DNA of 62,011 nt, filler included, from Choristocarpus tenellus KU-1152 (lineage: Eukaryota; Protista; Phaeophyceae): assembly GCA_964200185.2 (NCBI GenBank). It is 11 parts of 11 records of this genome, joined end to end, with 100 filler letters (N's around TTAATTAATTAA, not from the genome) between each part and the next. Parts side by side here need not be neighbours in the genome. Positions count along the whole stretch, not along the records: positions 11,831 to 15,757 come from CAXNAD020017098.1; positions 15,858 to 25,762 come from CAXNAD020003292.1; 9 more parts are not named here. One strand, 5' to 3'. Position numbers and translations under genes: made by a program. Numbering within the stretch: the first letter of the stretch is position 1; each line of letters begins with the position of its first letter. The notes beneath the pieces were generated by a model. That model saw nothing but the letters and a program-made list of their open reading frames with translations, made no database searches and was not told the origin of the DNA. This document shows, piece after piece, positions 12,537-25,862 of this stretch.

Positions 12537-14606
12537 ATGTCCAACCAACTTTCCTATACTGACGAACATGAGGCTTTTGCGGCGAGTCGAAGCAGCGAGT
12601 ATGTCTACGTCCCCATCGACGAAAAGTACTTCAACAACCTGGACAAGCATGCTGAGACAATAGAAATGGATGCAAAGCTCCCACTCGTGCGTGCTCCCCA
12701 CCGCAACACCTTCTTACAGTTATAATGAAATATGGTTTGACCCCTCAGAAGTTCAAAAATGGAAGAGCTTCGCTCTTTATCCGGATTATTGTCACCGAGA
12801 GAACCCTCCTGATGGATGTGAGGGTGTGGCACTTGTCACAAAGAGCTCCATCTGCTGTGAGTGAAATCTTGACTTGATCCTGACCAATGACTCATGCAAG
12901 GTACTTGTGGGAGAACCAGGCATTGGGAAGAACGCACTCTTGTCCAACTGGGTGAAGAGGCGCGCTTTAACGAAGCACCGTGACGAGTTTCTATTTCAAT
13001 ACTTCACTGGAGCATCAACAAGAGCAAAACAACTGTCACACATGCTACACAAGGTATGGCAGGATAGTGCTGACACCTGCAGCACCACATAGGCTCACCT
13101 ACCTGATCTCTCCTCCGTGAAATAACATTGATGAAATCGTTCCATGTACTGAAGTGCAACTGGAGTCTCCCCTAGATTCTGTAGGAGATGAATCTATAAG
13201 GTATCCACCAGTAGTGTGCTGCCCCAACCTGGTATCTTCAGTATATTAGTGCATCAAATTGAGAAATAGTTGTTATTCCCTGTGAAGGAACTTCTACCGC
13301 AGCTTCTATAGCACCTATTAACCAGCTAGTGCATAGTGCCCCCAAAAACAGAGCAAGCACGTCTAACTTGGGGTACCAAGAACATGTCTCCAAGACGAAC
13401 TGCAGTGGTACCTTATAGTATAGGATTGATACATTGCGTTTGGTCCTCTTACTCCATGTAGAGCAACCCGTCCCTGGTTGCAGAACCACTGGAATTAAAT
13501 ACATTACTTGGTACCTTTTTGTGTATTTGACCAACAGCTTGAGACTGCATTAAAGGAATTCTTTCAGCTGCGAGAGATGGAGGTGCCATCTTCAGAGGAA
13601 AGGTGTGTTATGAATCCTGACATGTCTGGTTTCCTATGTGCTGCTATGCCTAACCATAGGGCTTGGTCGCATGTTTCAGGATGTCGGAAATTTTACCAGA
13701 GTACTCCCCCTCAATTGTAATATCTTTGATGGAAATTCTCGTCGCACAACATGGTTGACACAGAATTTGAGGTGGCAATGGTAACTTGTTTGCTTGTCAC
13801 AGTATCATGCTCTGGAAGGGCCAGGGACTTCAGTCTTCCAGCACTATGTTTATTTAGTTGTTGAAAAGTTTATGTTCTCCTGAACAGTTTATGTTATGAA
13901 TATTGAAAGTCTATGTGCAAGTGCTTATTGACTAGTCCACTGGTCCATTACTCAGCAACCGGTAATGCATTGAAATGACACTATCTGCGAGACTGAAAGA
14001 GTGAACACAAGTGACATAGTTGCTAGTAGACACATATGACAATATCGTGAGTGGCATAACCCCTGCAAAAACAGGACTTAGGAAGTGTTCATAGTGGGTG
14101 CTAGCATGTCAATCTCACCTACCCCTATGTTGACAGTGAAACAACAGCACATGCATGTTGAGGTTGTGTCTACCCAAGATATTGGAAAGAGTGAATAGCA
14201 AGGGTAGTAGCAGAAAAACCCTTGTTAGACTGACAATTAAATCAAGCACCTATTCCGAGGAGAGTTTTCTGCTCATTGTATCCATGTCTTTTTTGAGTGC
14301 CCTCCTCTTCATCGAGTGTCTTTTTTGATATGCTGATATGATATGATGATATGATATGCTGATATGATATGATGATTTTTGTTTAAGCTGCAAAAAGAAC
14401 CGTAATTCTCTTCACCCTTTAGCAATTTGCCAGTGGAAAAGTGTGTCATTGATTTCTATTGGCTAATCCTTACAATATACTCTGCCAATCATATATGAAC
14501 TTTGTGTAGGTTGATTTGGTCCCTCAATCGCTTCCTAGCAGCGGCTGCGAAGAAGCACTTTCCTGCTCGAATTGTCATCATTGTGGATGGTGTATTTGCA
14601 ATAAAG
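12537..14606 (+). CDS. NACHT/AAA_16 P-loop NTPase (nephrocystin-3/TPR-NACHT-like), N-terminal 4 exons
   Basis: Exons 12537-12686, 12901-13053, 13538-13602, 14510-14606 with compatible phases (0,0,2). HEAFAASR motif, Walker A PL|VLVGEPGIGKNALLSNW, Walker B IVIIVDGV. Confidence 0.8.
14327..14375 (+). repeat. GATAT-type low-complexity tandem repeat
   Basis: gatatgctgatatgatatgatgatatgatatgctgatatgatatgatgat. Confidence 0.8.
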
Positions 14607-15253
14607 GTGAGTGAGTGGCATACACAACATATAGCTCTTTCTAACCAGGCTCTTTCCCAGGCAGGAGAAGCAATGATCCCAATTAATGGTCTGTTTATTA
14701 AAGGTCGGTTTCACTTGCAAATGTAATGATTCTTGACCAAAATTCCATAGTGATCATTCTTGTGATCTCTGGATTTGGAATAGAGTGTCGCATAATCAAA
14801 AGATAAACTTAAATCAAACCCTTATATGCACTGTGCAATAGAAAGAGCATGATGTATGCAAAAATGGACAATAATACTATGCTTACAATCATTCTTATAA
14901 TTATCATTGTTGATGTATTAATTTCTCTTGGAAACTTTTTTTTCTTATTGGTGATATTGATGGATCCCTTTAAGAACCCTTGCAATGCATCAGTGACTGA
15001 CTCTCCATCTCTCTCTCTATATATGTGTGTGTGTGTGTGTATTGATTACCCACACGACACCGTGATTATCGGCATTGTGATCAAGGAGCAGTCTACTTGA
15101 AGCATGATAATGTATTGTATGTGTGATTCCAAATTCACAAAGGGGGTCTTCCTTTGAGAGATTGACACAACCTTACCCACATTTTCAGCAACACACTATT
15201 ATGGATAATTGATGAACTGATTAGTTGATATTATTGATATTTTAGATATATGA

Positions 15254-15510
15254 GAGTGAAAGTATCTTAGAGGGTACGAATTTTGGTCTGTTTGTCTGTT
15301 TGGGGCCTGGCATTCCATGGGTATTTTATGACATTTTCCTACTCCGATATGTTTCGGAATAGGTAAAATGTATACGTTATGAAAGGGTGTGTTCGGAACA
15401 GGTATATTGACACTTCCTAACAAATACGATAGTCAAAATTACATCAAAATCGGAATATTAAATTTTGGGTTCAAATGGACGCGACTCTACCCTCTAAGAT
15501 ACTTTGACTC
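15254..15510 (+). mobile_element. MITE family A (TIR GAGT[GC]AAAGTATCTTAGAGGGTA), putative Sola2-type
   Basis: 23-bp TIRs, GAG...CTC ends, TGA on both flanks; several other copies in the window. Confidence 0.85.
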
Positions 15511-15513
15511 TGA

Positions 15514-15695
15514 GACTCAAAGTATCTGGGGGGGGGGGAGCAGGGGCGGCTGTTCGTTTGGGGCGCATTTTTACATGTCACAATTTTGGGTGATTTGGTT
15601 ACATGCATTGGATGAATAATATAAGTGCACTTTTTTTGGTCAGGGCCAGAATGAACACCCTGGTGTAGACCCCCCCCCCCCCCCCCCCCCCCCCC
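15514..15695 (+). mobile_element. MITE family B, truncated copy
   Basis: Starts GACTCAAAGTATCTGGGGG; body matches 34448-34627. Confidence 0.7.
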
Positions 15696-15757
15696 TCGGT
15701 GTGGTGCAAAAAAAATTTATTAACTCTTTATCTTAACAAAAAAAAAAAAGAAAAAAA

Positions 15758-15857
15758 NNNNNNNNNNNNNNNNNNNNNNNNNNNNNNNNNNNNNNNNNNN
15801 NTTAATTAATTAANNNNNNNNNNNNNNNNNNNNNNNNNNNNNNNNNNNNNNNNNNNN
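15758..15857. other. Artificial contig linker
   Basis: N44-TTAATTAATTAA-N44. Confidence 0.97.
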
Positions 15858-16004
15858 CATTTGGGGTCAATTTTTTCATGTCGCGACTTTTGGGTGATTT
15901 GGTTGCATACGTCAGATGGATAATGTAAAGGCACTTTTCCTGATTTGGGGTCAAATGGACACCCTGATGTAGACTCCTCCCCCCACCCACAGATACTTTG
16001 GGTC
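15858..16004 (+). mobile_element. MITE family B, 3' part
   Basis: Ends CAGATACTTTGGGTC; body matches 34448-34627 and 54187-54362. Confidence 0.75.
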
Positions 16005-16230
16005 ACTAAATACTAATACCACCACTCACTATGCTGACCACTGGTTTCTCGTCGATTATTATATTTTTTGGGTTGATTATTCTTATGTTCTTTTTTTCCC
16101 ATCTCTCCTTTTGTTTAATTTTTTGTGTGGTATTTGATAAATGACATTTCTTTCAGATTAGGTTGACCTGATGTGCCTCACATTTTTTATTTGTTGGTTG
16201 GGTGTAAGTGAAATATAATTATTGCATCAA

Positions 16231-17967
16231 CTTCCTCCGTTCGGAATTAGGTGTAACATTACCTTTGCAGCCCTGATGAAGAAGCGAGATTTTTTCTCAA
16301 ATGTTCATATTTGATGGGTGTATTGTATAGACACTAACGGCTTACCCACCAAAATCTCAACCAAAATAAGGCAACCAACACCTATCTATGATTCTGCCCC
16401 CAACGCACTCCAAAAATCCATTTCACCACGATATTTCGCCACATCCACCAGGGAATTCAGGGGGAGCTTGCCCCCCTTCTCAGCCTTTTCCTCACTAAGA
16501 TGTGGACCCCAGCACTTCACTGCGCACTGCAAAGAGGCTCTGCCAGACGCTCTCGGAAGTACACATCGAATCCCTCCATTGTGGCTTCCACCTGTTCCTC
16601 TATGTTGGTCACCCCCACGCCGTCCTTCAGTTTCTGGATCGAATGAAAGAATCCCAGCTTGTTGACGTTGAGGTCAGGTGAGTTGGCTGGTTGGGTCTCT
16701 GTGGTAATGTCGTCCCCCGCCACCTCCTCGACCGCCTCCATGATTCCTCTCCTTGGTGCGTTGCTTTGGCAAACCCGTCCTGCTGCACAAAGGTGGCATG
16801 CCCTTCTGGACTAGGCATGCAGGCCTTGATTACCAGGATGGCATCCTCGACTATGAACTTCTTACACCTCTTCTCATCCACTGTGCCTGGCACATACACC
16901 TTGATCCTGCACTTGGGGCGGGGTTTACTGGAGCACTGAGCGACCTTAGTGTCCGTGATTGGGCAAATACCGATTAAATCCCTATCGAACCATACCCCAT
17001 TGGAGAGCTTCCTAGGGCAGACGAAAGCTCCAAGGAACATCGCCTTCGTAATGTAGCGCTTATTCTGTGACTATGGGGGTTTGAGGGGGCCTCAATAGGG
17101 TGCAGATACATACCTTGCACCCATCTTTGAGGGTGTAAAGCCACTTCTCGTCTACATGCACCCAGCATACAGGTCGTCCACTATACCCCACTTCCCTTCC
17201 TCCTGTGCGTGTGACTGATGAAAAAACCCACCCTGTTGACCTTCTTCCGGTCTGAGATGGTTGGCTTAATCCACCGCTTGACCTTCTTGACCTTCTCGTG
17301 CTTGTGAAGATCCCACAACGAGGCAAGGGAGACCCCAGCTTTGGTCGCCCATTTGCGGAAGGATGTGCAGTGCACCCCGATGGGACACCCTAAAAGTCGA
17401 GGATGCTTGTACATTGGTGGCGCTGCCCCTTGCAACGTTGTACAAGATCCATGTATTTGCTCTGTGCGATCTGGCTGCCGTATTCGTTCAGATGACGGAA
17501 CATGGAGATTCAGGAAATTCCGAAGTCCTCTGCGATGGCTGCCGCCTTCCCCCGAGGCGTTCATGTCTTGCGCCCTCTTGTCTCCAGGTATCGCGCCACC
17601 ACGCTGTTCTTCGTCGAGTTATATTTGAGTCCTGATCGCGGACAGACTTCTGGACCGAAGAATTGGGACTGACGGGCAACGACAGGATGAGCAAACTGTT
17701 TGAACAACGGGGGGCCTTAATCCTATGCATCCCAATAAACACTCGCTTTGACAGTTTCACAAGGTTTTTGAACTCTGTCAAATGCGACTTGGACAACTTT
17801 GCGCGGGTGATCCTCCAGAGTCATGACCGTCCATACCTCAAACTTTGTACGCCTCCCAAAACACTTTGAGAACTAAACCTCGTCCAGACAGATTATCGCG
17901 ATGGTCGTTCCCGGGGTAGAACAGAGCTTACAAAAGTTATATTACATTTAATTCCGAATAGAGGAAG
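16231..17967 (-). mobile_element. Decayed Tc1/mariner element, plant-type (GT/Guest DD39D-like lineage)
   Basis: TIRs CTTCCTCCGTTCGGAATTAGGTGTAACATT and its approximate inverse ending at 17967. Frameshifted transposase with HVDEKW, FVQQDG, QPANSPDLNVNKLGFF. Confidence 0.9.
16430..17600 (-). pseudogene. Mariner transposase pseudogene
   Basis: Motifs split over ORFs 17181-17564, 17060-17326, 16627-17040, 16517-16741. Confidence 0.85.
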
Positions 17968-18964
17968 CACCTACTATCAACATACAGAATAATAAAGTAG
18001 TGAAGAGGTGTACAAATAATAGCTTTTTCAGGACGAGGCAGAGTGGTGGGGCGGTCACCAAGGGGATCCTCGTAAAAAAGAGTAGGCTCTGTTGCACATT
18101 GCAAATGCCAGCAATCTGGTAAACTCAACCCTAGAGCCGATCAACACGGAGAGGCCATACATGCAGTAGTTGATACAATCTGATGGGCCAACACGACTTG
18201 GTAGGACGTATCATTGACAACTGTATCTACAATACCACTTCATGCCTCCACTACTCGGAAGAGTACAAATCGTGGATGTTATAAAAACATTTTTTTATAT
18301 TTATTAGTACATGCGACAATGTGACACACTCGCAAAAATTATAGTTTTAGAGTACCTCATCGGATAACGTCCAAGACAGATCGTTGCACCTACTCACTAG
18401 AAACATGTTCGGAATTATGTTAATAACAATCTACATTATTAAAGCATAAAAATAACAACTCTTTGACACATATTCAACTTATTTTTAGTGTCAGGTAGTG
18501 CGCCTTTTTACAGTGCGCTAATTTCTGTTCAATAGAATAGTGAGCATTAGAAATACTTGCTAACGATGTCCTGTCAGTTGCGCCTTTTTGAGTTGATTAC
18601 AGACTAACAACAGATGGAGGAAGATAATGTAGTTATCCCTTGAGTCAAACTACGTGGGAGGTATGCAGGGTTGTAGTTTAAGGATCCCAAGAAAGGAAAA
18701 AAAGTGTCATTTTGTAGAATTAATTGCAGAAAGAGCCCTCTTCGCTGTGAATTGCGGTCACTTTTGTGTGTAGAAAGGGGGAATATCAATCTTGCGTACG
18801 ATATAGTGGCACCAGTAGCTTCACCCTCTGGTGCTGTCCCGTCAGAACGTTTGATGTAGACATCCGATTGAAAATATTAAAGCATATTCATGATGCCCTC
18901 CACAAGGCCCTTCAGAGTATGGGGTTCGTTTTTTTCGCCATTTTCTTCATTTTTTGAAGAAAGA

Positions 18965-19035
18965 GCGCTCATATTGGGGTTCGAACCCTGGATTGTAGGT
19001 CGCCAAGAGTGGTAACATATGGACTATTACTTGAT
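18965..19035 (-). mobile_element. Possible tRNA-derived SINE head (degenerate)
   Basis: A-box-like TAGTCCATATGTTA followed by B-box GGTTCGAACCC; no cloverleaf. Confidence 0.3.
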
Positions 19036-19069
19036 TGAAGTATAGGGTTTAGGTGGGAAAAAAGCCTCC

Positions 19070-20240
19070 TCACCCTTTCTTCCTGTGTGTTCGCGCACCC
19101 ACTCTTTGACCTCGACAAGGATGTCCTCGTCGACACCCAGAACGAAACGCCTCTCGGTCCGACAACTTGATGTGGCCCTTAGTTAGGAAGTCTCTCTCCC
19201 ATATACTCACAGTTTCCGACCTGACCATCACATATCCTGCTGCCATCTCGAGCGCCATTTGGTGGTCTTTGCTGTCGTTCATACACACGTACAGGATTTG
19301 CAGTGTTAGAGCCTTTACTATCTCATTTCCTCATTGAGCACTGGAAATGGGCGTCGTCCGTGTTTCCTAGGTGGGTGATATTTTATCATCAAGATGCAAG
19401 GGTGAGGGAGGACAGGCTTGAGTTGATCGAAAATTCTGTTGATTTCTCGAATGAATGCAGGCGGGGAGAAAGCCTTGATCAACTTTATACGTCAAACCCT
19501 AAGTCCAGGAAAAAAAGTGAATGTACGGGATTATACAAGAAGTGGGATACATCAAACCATCAGTGTGCAAATAGTCTCAATCTCACCTCCTCTTCTTCCC
19601 TGGTGTCCTCGTCGATGGCTACCTCCACCTGCTTCACAACCTCTTCTACGTAAAGAGTTTGGTGGTATCGAAAAGTCTCCACAGCTGCCTTTGTTACAAT
19701 CGCTTTCTCCTCGACCCTGCGATCCCTTTCGACCGTCTTTCGGGCTTCAGAGCCCTTCCTTGCAGCCCAACCCTAACAACTTCTTTCTTGTTTCCTTAAA
19801 CCTCTCTGGCTTGCATAGCTTACAAACAGCCAGGGCCTGCTGCAACTGTATACTACTAAGATATTCTACATCCTGGTTTCACTTAGGTGTTTCCTGAGCG
19901 CAATGGCATGCAGTCGCACTGCTCTCTTCCCCAACCTTCCCTTCGGGCGGCCACCCCAGTTCTCCCTTCGCCCGCCATGACCAGGCTTCCCCACAGACTT
20001 CGTCCCTGTATCACCTGGTGATGGACTCGTCATTCTTCTACTGCTTTCCCAAGGCGGCAGAGACTGCAGAGCAGTGCTCCGACGTGGTTGAAGATCCAAC
20101 CACATTTGTGCTGTAATGCTTTCAATGCATCTTCTCTCAGCGTCAGTGTCGCGGCCGCGTGATCCATTTCGTGATTTGATCATGCTGCTGCGCCACACTA
20201 CTCGCACTTTCTTGTCACGTAACATCGCACTGAGTGTCAC
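19070..20240 (-). pseudogene. Decayed, intron-containing DDE-transposase N-terminal (HTH) remnant
   Basis: ETVSIWERDFLTKGHIKLSDR then, after a frameshift, VDEDILVEVKEWVREHTGRKGE. Resembles the TVRxW..F...G / DED...WVR...KG N-terminus of eukaryotic IS630/Tc1-related transposases; stops and frameshifts present. Confidence 0.35.
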
Positions 20241-20359
20241 ACGGTTATTGCTTTTCCATCGCCTCTTGACAGATAAGGTGCCGAGGGTAGATCCAGGGGG
20301 CAGAGTGGCCTCGGCGGCTCACCTTGTCTCACCGTCATGCTTCATGTTGCTGTGTGGGT

Positions 20360-21270
20360 CACGCGTGTATGTGCTCACAGAAAGGCTGCAAAAGGAGTTA
20401 AAAAGACGTCCTGAAATCTTGCTCCTTTTTTTTTCGGTATCGCCGTACCGACCGAACTTGGACAACGACCTGCGCTGGACCAGTTTTTTGGAAGGAGTTC
20501 GGGCAACCACTTCATTTTTTTCTGTTTTGAAGTCTTCACCTTCAAAATTGCGCTGGAGATGTTCCCCCGCGTTTTTTACAATTTTTTAATCGGGAAATGG
20601 ATACCGTTTCCTGAAGGCTGGACATTCATGCATACAAGCCTTCAAAAGCTCTTGTCATACCCTTTCAGTTGATATATGAAATATTGTATGACTACTGTGG
20701 CATTTTGGTAATAAAAAGCAAGGTTGCTACAGAGGGCGAAGCTACTACTGGTACCACCTTCAAAAAAAAGAGTGATATTATCTTAGAGGGCATAGCTGCG
20801 TCCGTTTGGGGTCGAAAACCCAATATTGCGATTTTGATACGATTTTGACGAATGTGTTTGTTAGGAAGTAAGTGTGTGTGAACGTGTGGTGCTCACAGGA
20901 AGTAGTGTGTAAAATGCACTAAAAAAGATGTCCGCAAATCTTGGGGGGGGTTTCGGTATCGCCACACGCGCCAAACTTACTTGAGCAGCGATCTAAACCC
21001 TATTGGTTTTTTGAGGGGAATTCAGTCATCCACTTCACTTTTGTCTGTTATGAAGCGTGACCTTCAAAATTGCGACGGAGATGTTCCCCCGCGTTTTGCC
21101 CAGTATTTGATCAAGACATACCTCCCATTCCACGAAGTTAGGACCTTCATAGATACAAACCTTGTCAAGCTTTCATTTGATATATATATTGTTGTATAAT
21201 TCTTGGGGCGATACGGCGAGAAAAATCAAGATTGCCACAAAGAAAGGGCGAAGCTACCGGTATCACTTTG
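20360..21270 (+). repeat. Diverged tandem duplication of a ~400-bp unit (20360-20760 and 20880-21270)
   Basis: Shared blocks in the same order: GTGCTCACAG, TTTCGGTATCGCC, CCTTCAAAATTGCG..GGAGATGTTCCCCCGCGTTTT, AGGGCGAAGCTAC. Confidence 0.8.
20770..20870 (-). mobile_element. MITE family A fragment
   Basis: GAGTGATATTATCTTAGAGGGCATAGCTGCGTCC matches the start of copies 26967 and 52108. Confidence 0.7.
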
Positions 21271-21544
21271 TTACACACATGAAGCAATGAAATTAGAGTG
21301 TGTTGCAGAGAGAGGGTAAGAAATATGGCTTGGAATGCGAAAAAAAAGGTCCAAGCCCGCCTACCTCTCAATTGGTTTGTTTCGCTTACTTGCAGGTTAA
21401 AAGCACGAAAAACAAGCTTTGGTTAATTCACAGACTTTGATGGTTGTTGTGTTGTTAGAAGTTAAAGGAACCGATTGGGCTAGGTACCCAGGGTTAGGGT
21501 TACATTAAGTAAGACTCAATCTGTTGGAGGACAACTAGATCTCA

Positions 21545-21778
21545 GAGTCAAAGTAAATGAGAGGTAACCAAAGCTGAACCTTAAGGATGCTGACAAATAT
21601 GCGAATAGGATAATATTTTCTGAACTGCGTCGAAAATTTCCAAACAATAGAGGAATCAATGTTCGCAAGTCGAACCTACTACTTCATCCATACAAATATG
21701 GGCGAAGTACGAAAGATTAAAAAATGGCTTAATATGCAAGATGGCCAAAACCTGGGTACCTCTCGTTTATTTTGGTTC
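21545..21778 (+). mobile_element. MITE family C (TIR GAGTCAAAGTAAAYGAGAGG)
   Basis: TIRs at both ends, TCA on both flanks; relatives at 54991 and 57070. Confidence 0.8.
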
Positions 21779-24700
21779 TCACACCAACTATCGTAACGTA
21801 ATGTAGTCTATCGCAAATACTCCTCAAATACTCAAAAAAAATTGGGAAACATAAATATATTGTTTATCCAAGCCAAGATTATCCATCTTCCGATCAAGTT
21901 CATTGATGATCTTCAAATTCCATTGTAGATAGGTCCATGTTTGGCAATCTGCTCTGTTCTCCATCAATGGAGTTCGTTAAACCTTTCCACCACAGCTCTA
22001 TTATTGATGAATCGGATGGACTAGGGAGGTGCTTTAGCGTTAGGATCAGGGTTAGATACGTACCTAGTCCGTCTGATCCATAATAATTAAGTGAAACGAA
22101 AGGAACAATAAATTCCATTGGTGGTGGAGAACATAGCGGCGCTTCCCCATTCATGTTTAATCAGCACACTACAGAAGAAAGACAGCACACTACCCCACAC
22201 GAAGTTAGTCTTACCACTCCGGAACACATCCGTACTATATGAACATGTTTAAGAAGAGTTAAACCGACTGAGAGGTGAGGCAGGGTTGCTCGTACAAGTA
22301 CAGAGCCTTTCCTGAATTGTGGTGTCACTTTGCGGCAAGGAGGGGGAATATCAATTTTGCATATATCACTGTGCACATATAGGGCAATGAAATAGAGAGC
22401 ATGGTACAGATTAAGAAAGATGACTTAGAATGCAGAAGGGTACGAACTTATTTACCTATTAATTCGTGTGACTCTTATCACGTTTAATTATTATTTTAGC
22501 TGTCTCGCTAGGTAGACTCTCTTCTGTCTTTGTGTACCTCATGTGGTGTACGCACTGAAATCCTTCATTGCTATTGTTTTGTTAGAATCAAAATATTACT
22601 ATGCATACCCTAACACTCAGTCCTATACCTATTACCTCTCTACAAGTCAACAATAGTATGTACTACTATCATAGTACTGCTCTCTCGAACAAGAGAACTT
22701 TCCACTATGTATGATGATAACGGATTAACAAGTCGCATTTTTATCGGGTCGTGGCGGTATTTCATCGAATCTGGTGTATGGTGTCATAGTGATCTCAATT
22801 TCCACTTTGCGGGTAGAGCACACCAGAACAACGAACAGCCGATTTCAAAAATTGAGGATGGAGCTTTTCATTGAGGATGGGCTTGACCCAAAATCGACTG
22901 GGATAGAGTGTCGATATGTTTTTTTTTGTATTGAATTTTTGAAATCGGCTATTAACGGCATGAACAACTAACTGATCCTGGAAAAAAAGGCTTTCATTAT
23001 TGCTTTGTAAGCTTAAAACATCACAGTTTAACGTTTAAGCTCTTTTATTACACTTTGATTTTTGGATTTCGGACTTCCACTCACCCCTTACTACTCCAAG
23101 GCCTATTAATACATAGTTGCAAGCAGCATGTTTTCCTTCTAGTGTCTACAGCAGTAGGTGGTGAAGTCATTATATCCAACGACCTTGCTTGCTGATAGAT
23201 GTTATGGAGAGATTTGTATCAAATTTGTCATCCACTACACCATGTTGCTCGGATGGGCACATACAGTAGTACTACCACTGTTCTCCATGAGACTCACATC
23301 GATAATCTTGTCAGGTTGGACATCAATCGTATTATTCCTCAGGTGGATAGCTTCTCACTATACACATTTGCTGGGGCCAGAGAGGAGCCATACAGCAGAC
23401 AAGACAACAAATAGGGCACAGAAAGCCACAGTACCTGAGCAAGACCACCTCAGAATTACACACTGCCAGTGTAGCCAAAACATCCATAAGGCAAGAGGAC
23501 AAGTAAATAAGCACCTTCACAACAATACATTCTCATCAAGACATTGTAGCACAGCAACAGCCTGGCTGGATACACCACTACTCCCTGCCTGAGTCGAGCT
23601 ACTCGCCCCAACATCAAGCGTTCTAGTCCTTCCACACTCAAGAGCAACACAAGCACATTCAGCTTCTCTCACATGCCATGAAACCACAAAAGCAACCAAA
23701 AAATATCACTACCTTTACCACTACATGTCCTGATAAACCCTCACTGCAAATCAATCTTACCAACACTCTCATCTTCACATTCTCACCTCTTACGCAACTC
23801 TCGCTCAACTCACGCCAGGGATGCAAAGCTTGCAACTCCCCATCGCCTCCCCACTTCATCTGAGTCCTTTCCTGCCTATGACTAAACCAGCTTACACTTC
23901 TACCACAACCTTTTAAGACATCCACAATGTGCAAACCAACACCTTCAACATCGAGCCACCAGGAAACAACAGCAACTTGGTTAGTTGGGTATCCACATCC
24001 GATCCATATACTCTCCTCCTCCACCCCCATCCAGGCTAGCTCACGATAACCAATATCTCAAAAGCACTTGGGCTAAGAAGTCATCATGCTGCGGCTCCAC
24101 CTGGTCTCACCACAACCAAAGCGTTGGTGCACGCTACGAACTCACAACTCGAGACAACTGTAACTGGCGGTAAGGCCCAACACATTCACACAAACAGACA
24201 TTAAACATATGTAATTCGAAGCATCACTAAACCACGAAACCCTACGATCATACCCACTACTACCAATAGTGCGACGTGACAAGACCACAACAAGCGCCTT
24301 ACCATATGTAGAATCTCTTCCCCCCTTCCCCCCCCCCGCACCCAAGGCTTGTCGCTGTTCATCCCCCACCTCTGGTCCCACGCTAAAGGTGAGTCACAGG
24401 AGAGGGACATGCACAACAGATGCGAGGCATGCGGACACAGGGAAGAAAACCGAGAGGGAGACAGCACTGGCAGGCTGCTACTGCTACTGCCACAGCATAC
24501 ACCACAGTGCCATTTGCGATAGATGTAGGTATGTGCTAGGCCATTGCATGTCCAACCCCCTTACACGACATAATATGCAGATCATCCTGCTGTGGTGAAA
24601 TAACATGCTGCAATGCATTGATGTTGCCAACTTAGCCTCCCAGCAATGACCTGACTCACTATCACATCACACCTTTCCAACCAACAGCCTGATCACCGGG

Positions 24701-25498
24701 AACTAGAACCATTCTTTTTTACTAGAACACAAAAAAGCGGAAAAAGTGTCGCCACTGTGACCACATCGCAGCTCTAGGTGCATTGAACACCCTCTGTCAC
24801 GGGATACCTATTCCTCGTTCTCCTTTCACATAACGCGTCCTAAAACATGTCAGAGACCACTTGATGCAAAAAATAAAACACACACACACACACATAAAAA
24901 CCTCAAACGGTGCCTTCATTGCCAGAACTTACCATGTACCGTTGCCAGAACTTACCATGTACCAACACAACACAAAGGTCGCAAAACGGGGGAGGGTTCG
25001 GGGTTGGCAAATCATAAAATATCAAAAATTGAATAAGGCTGGATTCTCATCTCGGCGCTGAACCCTCTGAACAAGGTTAACAGTGGCAGAAGCAGTAGCA
25101 GACAAAGGGAGGGAAGTGGAGAGGTGGGTAGTGAGCGAGACTCTGAGTCAGCAAAGGGAGTGGAGTTGAGTGGGGGAGTAGGTCTCTGAAACGGGGAAAC
25201 CTCGAGGCATGCATTTTTTCCCCTGTTTTATCAATTGTCACAGGAAAAAAAAAACTATAGGTGAGAGGAAAAAAAAAGGGTGATACATTGTCACAAGAAA
25301 CGACTGCCTTCAGAAATATAAAATAAAAACTTCAAAACACACTCACACACGATAGAACACAATCTATTATTTACCTACACTCTCGTCAAAACAACCGTTA
25401 TCAATAAACCAACGAAGACATCACGCGTGCACTGGAAACAATGTTACAAACTTCGATACAAGCCGGGTATCACCCCTAACCGATGTGGTCCAACCCAC

Positions 25499-25587
25499 CT
25501 CTGTTATGAATGGGTGCATCAACACCTGCTTGGCAGTGTATCTCACAGTCCGGTCTTTGTTGAGCATACCTAGCATCAGATCTCGTG
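25499..25587 (-). CDS. Ser/Thr protein kinase exon (subdomain XI, CAMK-like)
   Basis: CAG acceptor and GTGGGT donor flank ARDLMLGMLNKDRTVRYTAKQVLMHPFITE. Confidence 0.75.
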
Positions 25588-25762
25588 CTGGATAGAAAAG
25601 AAAAGAAGAGACAAAAGATCGGAACTTCTGTTGTGTGAGAGGAAGGTAAGACAAAAAGAAGTAATGGCTTGAACATCTTCCTACTAACCAACCCCCCCCC
25701 ACCCCCCCCCTCCCCCCCCCCCCCCCCCCCCCCCCACCCACCCCCACACCCCCCCCACCTCC

Positions 25763-25862
25763 NNNNNNNNNNNNNNNNNNNNNNNNNNNNNNNNNNNNNN
25801 NNNNNNTTAATTAATTAANNNNNNNNNNNNNNNNNNNNNNNNNNNNNNNNNNNNNNNNNNNN
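25763..25862. other. Artificial contig linker
   Basis: N44-TTAATTAATTAA-N44. Confidence 0.97.

Noticed and set aside
18965-19035. Functional tRNA gene
   Set aside because: B-box present but acceptor and anticodon stems cannot be formed
23150-24300. Decayed LTR-retrotransposon gag region
   Set aside because: Coding-like composition but no zinc knuckle, protease, RT or integrase motif could be read
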